Origin: Azolla caroliniana
Taxonomy: Eukaryota; Plantae; Polypodiophyta
Assembly: GCA_043228905.1 (NCBI GenBank)
Contig: JBHGNT010000014.1
Location: 558,001-622,000, forward strand
Direction of reading: 5' to 3'
DNA: 64,000 nt
The position numbers and the translations under genes were made by a program. A model generated the notes under the pieces. That model had not been told where the DNA came from, searched no databases, and saw only the letters and a list, made by a program, of their open reading frames with translations. Positions 51,053 to 62,665 of this stretch are shown piece by piece (position 1 is the first letter of the stretch; each line of letters begins with the position of its first letter).

Positions 51053-51464
51053 TGTCGCGGAGAAAACCGTACATAGGAGGAATTGGGAGTCCTAGCGCGT
51101 GAACAAGTTTTACACAGATTCGCATCGATTTAAGTTAATGTACCTTATTTAAGAATAGGTCGGCGTGATGTAAATATAAACATGCTAATAGGTTAACAAA
51201 TCAAGGCGTATCTCTTTCTGAAGGGACAGAGAATAAAGGTGATGTAACAAGGATGTAATGGCCCATCCTCAACAGCCTATAAAAAGGGGAAAGAAAGACT
51301 GAGAGAGGGATCGGGGGGTTTGGGGAGAGGAGGAGGTGTTGTTGGACTAGGAACCGAGCATCAATTTCTTTTGTTATCTCTGTAGGATTCTTGGGTGGAT
51401 GCCTTTGTTCATGAGGGAAGCCCGTGTGAATCCGGCAGAGGCTACACTACGCACTTTGGACCTT

Positions 51465-51496
<32 letters not shown>

Positions 51497-51822
51497 TTGG
51501 CAAGGACGCTGGCGTGCCGGTTGTAATCTTCGTTTAGTTGTAATCAACTCTTCTTAAGTTGTAATCTTTGATTAGTTGTAATCGATTCTTCCTAAGTGTG
51601 ATCTCTACTCAGTTGCAATCTTCTCTAAACCATTGCGACTCTCTCTCTGTCTTGGTGTGTTGCCGTGTCATTGTCTGATTCGGCAAGCTCTGTGCTTGCC
51701 AGCATCTGGCGCTTACTGTCTCACTCTTTCTCTTTCTTCGCCTTCTATCCTTGCGCACTCCTCGGTTCAGGGCCCCTGCGGTCCCGCCTTAGTTTCCCAC
51801 GCGCAAGTGTGACAACACGACA
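51053..51822 (+). repeat. Solo LTR (Trp-PBS Gypsy lineage) with (TG)n
   Basis: TGTCG...CGACA, perfect TSD ACGT. Confidence 0.92.
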
Positions 51823-52010
51823 ACGTACCACGAGAGCCCTTGGGCCGGTCACCGCGGAACGTGGGCCATGTTGGAGAAGCTGATGGAAAAATATTGGTGG
51901 CTAGGAATGTACCGGGATGTGCATCAATTCGTGACGACCTGCGAAAGTTGCCAGATGCATTCCGCGATCTGGCACAAAGATGAGCTGCACCCGACCTACC
52001 TGTCGACCGT

Positions 52011-53374
52011 TGCCGCGAAGTTTCGCGTGCATGTGTTCGCTCGAACAGGACCGTTGGGGCCTTGGACCAGGGAGACACAAGGGGTGAGGAAGTTGGAGAT
52101 TAAGACAAAGACATGGGGAAATATACATAAGTTTTGATATAAATTACGCTTTAAACAATAGTTAGGTTTAATACCACGATTTCGGTGGTTTTATTTCTTA
52201 CATAGAATCAATTTCATCATTATTCAAAAATGGCTAATCAACACAAAAGGGCTGAGAATAATATGGTGAAGGCGAATCTAGTGGGCTCCGAGCTCGGCTA
52301 CTTCCGACGGCTATGTTGCCTTGATTTGGAGTAGGTCTCATGCCACTACAACCTCCCTTCCGCAACCGGCCAACGAGTTAACCACCATTGAGATGTTGAA
52401 GAAGTTGTCGTATAAGGAACCCAAACCCTAACCCTAACTCACAAGTAGATGCAAAAATCATAACCCTAAAACTCATAAGAAGGAAGAACCCTAGATGCTC
52501 ATAGGAACATAAAAACCCTAAACCTCAAGTTCTCTATAGAAAAGTAGGAAGAAGAAGCTCTGAAACCCTAACCCTAGAAGGAAAAGAAGATGGAGAAAGG
52601 GATAAGGAGAAACGGAGGCTACAAAACCCTAACCCAAGAAGAAGATGAGAACATGATGAAACCCTAGTGGTACACCCCTAAGGCAAAATGGGCGACCCCC
52701 AAATAAGCCTTATCCCTCCTCTCTTATAGAGGAAAGAGGAGCTTATTTTAACATTACATGCTTTTTGTTATTTCCTTTATCACAAAAATGGGAGGGCCTA
52801 AGGCAAAATGGGCAACCCCCAAATAAGCCCTATCCCTCCTCTCTTATAGAGGAAAGAGGAGCTTATTTTAACATTACATGCTTTTTGTTATTTCCTTTAT
52901 CACAAAAATGGGAGGGCCTAAGGCAAAATGGGCAACCCCCAAATAAGCCCTATCCCTCCTCTCTTATAGAGGAAAGAGGAGCTTATTTTAACATTACATG
53001 CTTTTTGTTATTTCCTTTATCACAAAAATGGGAGGCCTAAGGCAAAATGGGCGACCCCCAAATAAGCCCTATCCCTCCTCTCTTATAGAGGAAAGAGGAG
53101 CTTATTTTAACATTACATGCTTTTTGTCATTTCCTTTATCACAAAAATGGGAGGGAACAAAATACCCCTTGATTTGTAACAAGAGAGACTCAAACTCTAC
53201 ACTTCTCTCTATATATTTATAAGCCTTAACCAATAAGATACTACAAGTTATTTATTATGATTATTATTAGTTATTTATATGACTTAACCAATAAGATACA
53301 AGTTATTTATATGACTTTATAAGATGTGCGTGGAAGCTCGATTTTTCTCACAGTGCACACACCACACCACGACA
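52011..53374 (-). repeat. Solo LTR with four ~120-bp tandem repeats (52677-53155) and telo-box motifs
   Basis: TGCCG...CGACA, TSD CCGT/CCAT; removing it restores the integrase. Confidence 0.88.
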
Positions 53375-56300
53375 CCATCCATTTCAAATGGATGGTGGAC
53401 TTTGTGACGAAGTTGATGGGAGTGGGGCAAATGCGATACATGGTGCTTGCACGGGAGGACCTTACGAACCAGGTGGAGGGTTGTGCATGACAGAACAAAA
53501 TGATTGCATCCGTATGTTGGTTCCTAATCGAAGAGGTGGTTTGCCAATATAGATGCGTGGGGAAGATCGTGGCCGACCGGGGAAAACTGGACGCGTAGGA
53601 AGCCGAAGAGTTGTTCGGTCGGTTGGGGGTAAAACTCTCTCTCACTATGGCGTACAATCCGGAGGCGAACGGAAAGGTGGAACGCGGACACGGGCCGATC
53701 GTGAAGGCGTTAGTGCGGGCGTGCGAGGGGCAAGTTGGGAATTGGCACGGATTCGCCAACTCGAGCGGAGGCCGGAGGACATGGAATGGGCAAAGGCGAA
53801 ATTGTATGCGGTGTGGGAGAAGAACAAGGACCGGTTCGACCGGACGCACCGGCTAAGACCGAAGAAGATCAAGGAAGGCGATTAGGTATTGGTTTATGAC
53901 AACAACCTCGACAACTAGCACAAGGCTACGTGGAAATTGGCACGGAGATGGTTCGGGCGTTACACGATGACGGCCGCGAACAACAATGTCACGTACCACC
54001 TTGCAGAGCTTGACGGAATGAAGATAGCAGACCCTTTGCGAGGAAGCGGATTAAGTTCTTTAGGAAGCGGCACGAAGAGGAGCCGGATCCGTAGTACGAG
54101 AGCGAGGGCAGCGAAACGAGGGAACCGGACGAAGTTCGGGAGTACAAGAGCGAGGGACCGGAATTTCCGCCTTTCCTCTCTCGGCACATACCGGTGGATG
54201 TAGTGAAAAATTCCGGTCACGAAGGGGAAAAGGGTCAAATGTGCGTGAAATAGGGTGTGTTGATGCACCCAAAAATATGTACTATGTATAAACACATGTA
54301 AATAACCTAGGACTAGTAAGTACTAGGGACTAGAATTTGATAAGTACTTTAAAGATCTACACTGAAAGGGGCGGGGGAATATGAAAGTTGACGCGAGAAG
54401 ATCGAGGAAAATCTCGGCCCTAAGGAACTAAGTTAACTATCTGATGTAACAACCCTCTCTCTCTCTCCTTGATCTATAAAAGGGGGATGAGAGGACTGAT
54501 GAAGGGGGGGGGGGGGGGGGGTTAGGAGATAAAGTCGTTGTCGGTTTGGGGACCGAGCTCTCTATCTCTCTCTCAATTTACGTTTTAAGCGCATGGTTCA
54601 GTCAGAAGCCTTTGCTCGCGTAGGAAGCTAGTGTGCTCCCAACAAAGGCTCCTTGTGTCGGTGTCTCCTGGTGTTTGCGCATGTGTGGTGTGGCTAACCC
54701 ACTGCTCTGAGTTCGACTGAGCTCTCTATCTCTCTCTCAATTTACGTTTTAAGCGCATGGTTCAGTCAGAAGCCTTTGCTCGCGTAGGAAGCTAGTGTGC
54801 TCCCAACAAAGGCTCCTTGTGTCGGTGTCTCCTGGTGTTTGCGCATGTGTGGTGTGGCTAACCCACTGCTCTGAGTTCGACTGAGCCAGTTGTATGTTGT
54901 TGTTTTCCGTAATCTATAACATTTGGTTGATTTTCTCTGTCTATTCTTCTTCTTCTTCTTCTTCTATCACTGCTTGGTCCGAGGCCCCCGCAGTCCCACC
55001 GTAGCTATTGCACGTGAATGCGAAATACCATGACAACAACGAGTGGAAGGCGTCGTTAACAATGTAGGGCCCGGTTTGTTTGGATAATGGCGATGGAAGT
55101 TGTCGACAAGAGCTTGAGCATTAGAAACATTATTGACGGGTTCCCAAGTGCGATCACTCGGAGGATAGCCTACCCAATCAACCAGATAATAGAGCTTATT
55201 CCACACAATCTTAGAATCGAAAATAGCAGCTACCTCGTATTCGGGGTTGTTTGCACGTTGGATAGAGGGAGGAGGTGGCATGACATGATTAGGAATAGAA
55301 GAGGCGCCATAAGGTTCCAAAAGAGAGTTATGAAAGACTGGGTGAAGCCGCGTGTGTGTTGGAAGATTAAAGATCAAAGGTTGCATCATTAATCCGTGCA
55401 GTGATGAGAAATGGACCTAAGCGTTGTTAATCGAGCTTCTCACATGGCCAGGTAGTCTTGATGTGATGACAAAGCAACCTTATTTGGTCACCAACATTAA
55501 AAGGAGACTTAGGATGATGGTGATATGCGTTGGTCTTATGTTGTGCTTGAGTTGTCTGAAGATGTGAAGATAGTGCTAACTGGATTCAGTGTAGTTGATG
55601 AAGGTGATGCTCAGCACTAGGATTTCGTGCACACATTGAGAAGATCCAAGATACACCATTGAGGATGGTTGCCGGTGGAGGCAAAGAAAGATGTAACCTT
55701 GGTAGAAGAGTGTATTGTGTTATTGTATGCAAACTCAACAAGATGTAAGATATTATTCCAATCATCTCGTTGATTATTGATGAAGCATCGAAGATACTGA
55801 TGGAGCGTTTGATTCATGTGCTCGGTTTGTCCGTCGGTTTGTGGATGATAAGCTGAAGAGAGATTGGAGGAGATTTTGAGGCCTACCCATACCATGTGTA
55901 AAGAGCGAGGAAACTATAGATATCATTATGCGTGATGTGTCATCTTGGTAAATCGATCCACTAATGTTAAAATAGTATCAAAGCCTTTTGAAGGTGGCAG
56001 ATCCATAATGAAATCTATAGAAATAGACTACCATGGCTTGGTTGGAGGCGGTAATGGTTGTAACAAGCCATAAGGATGATGCTTGGGTATTTTGGCTTGA
56101 CAAAAGGTGTCACATGTACGAACATAATCTTCGAAAAAGTTTTGCAAATGAGGCCACCAAAATGAGTGCTTCACCAACTCCATGGTCTTGGCAATACCAA
56201 AATGTCCAGCCATAGGGACGTAAGGGAGATTCTTGTAAAAGAGTAAGCCATCTTTCCACTTGAAGTCCTGATTGTGTTGAGATGACCCTTGCAATGTGGA

Positions 56301-57028
56301 GCAAGATGCATGGCTTGGACTAATGTGGGCCAAGACATCCTTAACGAAATCATTAGAGTAAAGTCGTTGCCAAATAGTATCAACAAGGCATGAATCAAGC
56401 GACATGGCATAAACTATTGTTGCTTGTACCTTTGATGGTCCTAGGAGAATTTGCTTTTGATTGTCGAAGGCTGAATCTCTAGGTCGAGGTGCAAGATATG
56501 AACGCTGAGATAGAGCATCCGCCTTCCCTTGTTGTTTACCCGGGCAGAAAACGATATTGAAATAAAAATGAATTAGAAATTGTGCCCACTGAGCTTGTCT
56601 CCTATTTAACACTCGAGCCATTTGAAAATACGTAAGATTTTTGTGATCACTATAAATGATGATTTGATGAGGAGATCCTTCCAAGAAATGTCGTCATTGC
56701 TTGAAAGAGTCGAGCACAACTAGTAACTCCTTGTCATGCACCTCATAGTTTATCTCCGCAGTAGTAAATTTTCTCGAGTGAAATGCGACTGGATGGGACT
56801 GCCTGTCCTTGCCTAGTTGTGATAGGATACTCCCCAATGCAAAGTCTGACGCATCCATGTCAATGGTAAATGGCTTTTCGGGATCAATATACGCTAAGAT
56901 AGGAGCTTATGTGAATGCTTCTTTGAGCTAAGTAAAGGTTGTGTCCGCTTCAATAGTCCAAACAAACGCTTTATTCTTCTTGGGGAGTTGGATGAGAGGC
57001 AACACGATCTTTGAATAATTCCATATGA

Positions 57029-57683
57029 GAAACTCGGCCGAGGCCGAAACCGGATGTGGAGTACCCGGCTACGGAAGACCCGGTGAGAACCGGATGAGGA
57101 GTACCCGGCTACGGAAGAACCGGTGAGAACTGGATGATGAGTACCCGGCTACGGGAGACCCGGTGAGAACCGGATGACGAGTACCCGGCAAGAGCCAGAT
57201 GGTGAAGGCCCGGTGAGAAGTACTCACCGGATGAAGGGACATATTCGTAAATATGTTTTTTGAGAGTCCATCAGGGCTATATTTGTAAATAGCCGAAAAG
57301 TCATATTAGTATAAATATGACTTAGGGCAAACTTAGTAGATAGTAGTTGTCATTTTTGTTGGTGCAAGATTTGAGCGCGTAACTGTGTACAGAGAGAGAG
57401 TGAGAGAAGAAGAGGTCGTTGCCTCTGTTGTAACTGCCGCCTGTGGCGAAGATAACAAGCTCGAGGTCGTTGCCTCGGTGCTTTACCATTGTACATTGTG
57501 ATATAGTGATAGTTCGCAGTCTGTGGGCTGCCGTGGTTTTTCCCTAGTTTGGGTTTTTCCACGTTAACATCCTGTGTACCCTTCTCTCCATTGTGTCGTG
57601 TTTCTTTATTCCCCGTTTTCTGTGTTTGATTCTAAGCTCGGTTGTGGCCGAGCGTTGTTCATCGGAGCGTGTAGTTCCTGTCA
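57029..57683 (+). repeat. 5'-truncated Tork-like LTR with ~40-bp U3 tandem repeats, flanked by a 187-bp host duplication
   Basis: CCGTGGTTTTTCCC...TTTTCCACGT motif; related to 58842-59376; flanks 56842-57028 match 57683-57869. Confidence 0.8.
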
Positions 57684-58841
57684 AGTCTGACGCATCCGCG
57701 TCAATGGTAAATGGGTTTTCGGGATCAATATACGCTAAGATAGGAGCTGATGTGAATGCCTCTTTGAGCTAAGTAAAGGTTGTGTCCGCTTCAATAGTCC
57801 AAACAAACGCTTGATTCTTCTTGGGGAGTTGGATGAGAGGCAACACGATCTTTGAATAATTCCATATGAATTTGCATAGAAGCTAGCAAATCCGAGGAAA
57901 CATTGGATGTCTCAAACTAAACATGGGGGTTGTGATTCTAATATTGTTTAGACTTTTGCTGGATCCATAAAAATACCCTTGGATGAAATCGTGTATCCCA
58001 AAAATTCGACTTGTTTGCAATCAAAGCTGCAAGTCTTCTCAAGTTTGGCATAAAAACCATACTTCCTTAGGCGTTCAAGTACTTTCCGCACATATATATC
58101 GTGCTCCTCCTGTATTTTAGAGTAAATCAATAGATCATCTAAATAGATGATGAGAAAGATATCCAGAAAATCCCGGAAAATGTCATTTGCCATATGTTGG
58201 AAAACTGCGGGTGCATTTTGTGAGCCCAAAAGGCATGACTGTATAAACTCGAAATGATCATACCGAGTGTGAAATGTAGTTTTCCACTCATCTCCCAGTC
58301 GAATGTGAACAAGATTATATGCCCCCCTTAAATCAATCTTTGTAAAATGCTTTGCCTGATCAATACGTTATAAAAGACTGGAGATTAAAGGTAGAGCATA
58401 CCTATTTCTTATGGTAACTTTATTTAATCCCTGATAGTCCACAACCAAACGAAGCAAACCGTCCTTTTTCTTCACAAAAAATATAGGAACACCGGCTAGA
58501 GACTTTGAATATCGAATAAACCCATGTGCAAGATTCTCCTCGATGTATTCTCGAAGAACCTCAAGCTCAGTTGGTGATAGATTGTAGATCGACCCCACAG
58601 TGGTTCTTTTCCTGGTTGGAGGTCAATGGGACAGTCGTACGACTGATGCTTTGGAAGTACACTAGCTTTGACTTTGTCAAAAACATCAGCATATTCTTGA
58701 TATTTTTCGGGAATTTGGATGTCTGAATTCCCTTGAGTAGCACTAGAATGTGTCACTGATATTGCAAATAAGGAAAGTTCCTCCTTTCCTCCCACTTGGG
58801 ACAATTGTTGCAATGTGATGGTTGAGATTTTATGAACAGGA

Positions 58842-59376
58842 TGTTAGGAATCGACTAGCCACAACCGGTTATACGTTCGTATTCGTGTGCAGAAACCAAG
58901 AACTAGTACACAGACAAAAACGTAAAGACACATAAACACCGATATTTTACGTGGAAAATCCGAAATGGGGAAAACCATGGGGGTCCACAAACCCCGACAA
59001 AACAGATCACTACAATAGAGAGGAAGTACAAATACGGAACTCAGAGACAATGACCTCGAGTTCTCCTTCGTCTGACAGACGGCTATAGAGTACACTCTCA
59101 CTCTCTCACTCACAGTTACAGAGGCAACTGCTTCGTTCTAACTTTACAATAATAATCAACTACTACTTACTAAAGTTTGCCCTAGTTGCTTATAAACAAA
59201 AAGCAACTTTCTAGCTATTTACAAGTATAGCCCACAAGGGGCCTTTTAAACTATTTACTAGTCTTCTAAAACGATTTTGGTTTTCAATTTCAATTTCAAT
59301 TTCGGTTTCAGCCTCGACTGAGATACTCACCAACACGGTACTTCTCTTCCCATCCGGAGGGACATGCTTCCCAACA
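58842..59376 (-). repeat. Solo LTR (Tork-like Copia)
   Basis: TGTTAG...CCAACA; 5-bp TSD CAGGA/AAGGA. Confidence 0.85.
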
Positions 59377-59821
59377 AAGGAGATGGTGCACTGGTAGAAC
59401 TATATTCTTTAAGGCAGGAATAGTCCTAGGTTTGGTCCTTAGCAATGATGTTTTCTGCTGAAGGGCACCAAATTTCTCACCTCCTCCAATCAATTCTTGG
59501 GTTATGTAGCTCAAGCCATGGAAAACCAAGGACAATTGGATGCTTGAGGCCACATAGTATGTTAAAGGAAACTACACATCCTAAATCACCTAAGAGTGTG
59601 TGTAGTGGTTTAGACTCTTCGAATATCTTCCCGGAAGCTATGGGACATTCATCAATCACTACTACGAAAACTGGGCAAGGAAGGGTATGCAAGGATATTT
59701 GATGTTTTTGGGCAAAATCTCTATCCATGAAACAAGAATTGGCTCCAATATCTAAGAGGGCTTGGACCTGAAGTTGACAACTCGGTGTCCTAACATGTAC
59801 TTGGGCTACGAATACTCTACT

Positions 59822-60135
59822 TGTCATGATATGGCAAGATTCAAACCCATGACCTTATGTTACATGGGTCAAGCTCTTGACCATTAAACTATACATTGTA
59901 ATACGAAGGATATTATTTTCATTTCAATTTTACTATAGAAAATTGATATATATTCTAGATTTTTCTAAAACATTCTAGAAACTTCAGGAGTACTCCTAAG
60001 AACACTACAAAAGGAGGCACAAGGCATTATTTCGAACCAAATCTATTCAACGCCAGTCTTAAGCCTCCTAACTACTATTGTATATTCTCTTCATATAATA
60101 TATATCTTTTGTTATCATCATTCTCTCATACTATG
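59822..60135 (+). repeat. Partial chromovirus-type LTR, interrupted by Copia A2
   Basis: Starts TGTCATGA; similar to the reverse complement of 34830-35233 (CCAGTCTTAAGC, TTCTAGA repeats). Confidence 0.7.
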
Positions 60136-62483
60136 TGTTACGAAGGCACTACGACTCTTCTGTGTGCATAGCGGATCGTGATGTGCTGGATCGTTTAGTG
60201 CTCAAGACAGAAAGGGGAAGAGGAAGGAGACTTACCTCTACACAGTCCAAAAGCTTCTATTCCATTACACTCAGAGCTCAACTCGCTCTCCTCAGTTTTC
60301 TATTCTTTGTTTTTTGTTCTTACAACTCTCTACTCAAGACGGAAAGGGGAAGAGGAAGGAGACTTACCTCTACACAGTCCAAAAGCTTCTATTCCATTAC
60401 ACTCAGAGCTCAACTCGCTCTCCTCAGTTTTCTATTCTTTGTTTTTTGTTCTTACAACTCTCTACTCTCACAACTTCTACTTCTTACAACTTACTACACT
60501 TACTTTTTACCTAAGTATATAAGTCACTTACATATGCAGCTAATTAGCTGTTAGTAGCTAAATAGTTGTGGATAGCTAAATAGTTGTTTCACCTTTATGT
60601 CCACTAGTAGCTAATTAGCTAATAGCTACTATAGCTTATTTCTCAATAAGCATCACATACCTTTGTTGAGCTTGCTTCTCAACACTCCTCCTCAAACTCA
60701 ACTTATCCTTTCTTGGGATCATGTTCAATTTTCTTTTCTTCATGCTTTTCAGCTACCATGCCAATGGTTGTAACTCCCATCATGTCTCTAAATTGTGTAT
60801 GTTTTTCCATGCTCAATCGCTTCGTAAGAATATCATACACTTGTTGATTTGTACTTACATACAACAGATCCACTTCTCCATCAATCACTTTTTCTCTAAC
60901 AAAGTGATAATGCACTTCAATGTGCTTCGTTCTTGCATGGAACACTGGGTTTTTTGCCAGTTGAATGTTGCTCATATTCTCACACCAAATTGTGACAGCA
61001 CCATCTATATATTCTCCCAAATCAACAAGCAATCTTCTGATCCATACCTCTTCACAGGTAACTATTGCAGCTCCTCTATATTCAGCTTCAGTACTTGATA
61101 GTGCAATAGTAGCTTGTTTCTTGCTACTCCATGAAATAACTGAACTTCCCAATGTAAAAATATATCCACTTGTGGATCTTCTGTCAGTTTGGCTTCCAAC
61201 CCAATCAGCATTTGTATATCCTTCCAGCTTTATGTCCAAATCAGCCCTGTAAAACAGTCCATAATTTTGAGTAGCTTTTACATACCTCAAAATTCTTCTT
61301 ATGCATTCCAAATGTGGCTTTGTTGGCTATTGCATAAACTAGCTAACTAATCCAACAACATAATTCAAAGCAAGTCTTGTTATGGTCAAATATACGAGGA
61401 TGCCCACCATAGACCTATACATGTTTACATCTTCTATTTTGGCTTCCAAATCAGCCCTCAATTTGCAATTCTTATCTAGTGGTATACCAATAGGTTTGCA
61501 TCCAAGCATACCATACTTCTTCAACATAATAGTTGCATACTGTTTTTGCAACATATATATACCACTTTCAGATCTGATCATCTCAGCTCTCCCAAATCCT
61601 TCATATGAAATTGCATTTCAAGACTTTCTTTCAGCTTGCTTATTTCATCCATAGAATCACCTCCAATGATTAAATCATCAACATAAATCAAGATAACAAC
61701 AATGCAATCATTTATCCTTTTTACATACAATGATGGATCAGCCTTTGACATTTTGAAAGCAAATTTTTTGAGAGATTCTGAAAGTTCTTTATGACATGCC
61801 CTTGGTGCTTGTTTCAATCCATAAAGAGCCTTTTTCAGCCTACATACATATTTTGGATGCTTCTTATCTTCAAAACCTGGTGGTTGATACATATACAGTT
61901 CTTCTTCTGGATGCTTCCACTCCATGCATTACATTCAGATTTACTACCTGAGCTTCCAGATGGTCTAGTACATTCCGTTGATGTGGAACTTTGTTGTCCA
62001 ACATTGTTTCCCTCTCCATGGCAATCTCTTCCATTTTTCAGATTTTTCTCTATCTTCATTTTCACAGTCTTCATCAGTTTCTACATTTTGTTTTGGGTTG
62101 TACCAACTACCCAACTCATCAAATATTACATCCCGACTTACCACAATCTTTTTTGTCAAAGGGTTATAGCATCTATACCCTTTTTGCTCCTCTGAATATT
62201 CAACAAAAACACATTTTTCAGCTTTTGGATCAAGCTTACTTCTCACTTTAGCAGGTACATGGACATAGGCAAGGCATCCAAACACTTTTAAGTGTTCTAA
62301 ACTAGGCTTCCTGCCATAGAAACATTCTTCAGGAGCTACTTCAAGGCATCCTACCATATAAACATTCTTCAGTAGTTACTTCATGCACTCCATATGTTAT
62401 ACATCTATTTAGAATATAATTTGTTGTGTTTACGCTTCTACCCAATAATACAATGACATTTTTTTTTTGTCAGTAAAGCCCTT
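60136..62483 (-). mobile_element. Decayed Copia family A copy A2 (3' LTR 60136-60684 with 132-bp duplication; RH, partial RT, IN C-terminus)
   Basis: ORFs 60703-61311, 61578-61925 and 61965-62357 closely match A1 peptides. Confidence 0.92.
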
Positions 62484-62526
62484 ATTTTGCCTCTTCCCCC
62501 ATCGCTATTGCACGTCTATTCTTACC

Positions 62527-62665
62527 TTAAACCCTAAACCCTAAACCATAAAACATACACCAATGGCCTCAACAAACCGAACCCAAACCATAAACACAAT
62601 ACTAACCCTAACTTAAACCCTAACCCTAAACAACACCCTAAACAAAACCTATACTCTAACTCTAA
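62527..62665 (-). repeat. Degenerate telomere-like (CCCTAAA) cluster
   Basis: Repeated AAACCCTA/AACCCTAA. Confidence 0.7.

Larger units (their letters stand above)
35345..55035 (+). mobile_element. Degenerate non-chromovirus Gypsy G1 (Phygy-like); own segments 35345-36594, 40516-42434, 50273-51052, 51823-52010, 53375-55035
   Basis: gag with CMWCNAIGH and a ~740-bp tandem duplication, protease LIDHGS, RH, integrase AYNPEANGKVERGH; 3' LTR 54199-55035 with a 164-bp tandem duplication. Confidence 0.85.
55036..59821 (-). mobile_element. Degenerate chromovirus (Tcn1/RLG1-like) pol: PR-RT-RH-IN-chromodomain
   Basis: [40 protein letters not shown], chromodomain EYEVAAIFDSK..YLVDWVGY..TWEP. Confidence 0.92.

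Noticed and set aside
52765-53222. Repeat-protein ORFs
   Set aside because: By-product of the 120-bp LTR tandem repeat.
57050-57200. CRISPR-like array of ~40-bp repeats
   Set aside because: Head-to-tail repeats with no unique spacers, inside a eukaryotic LTR; no cas genes.
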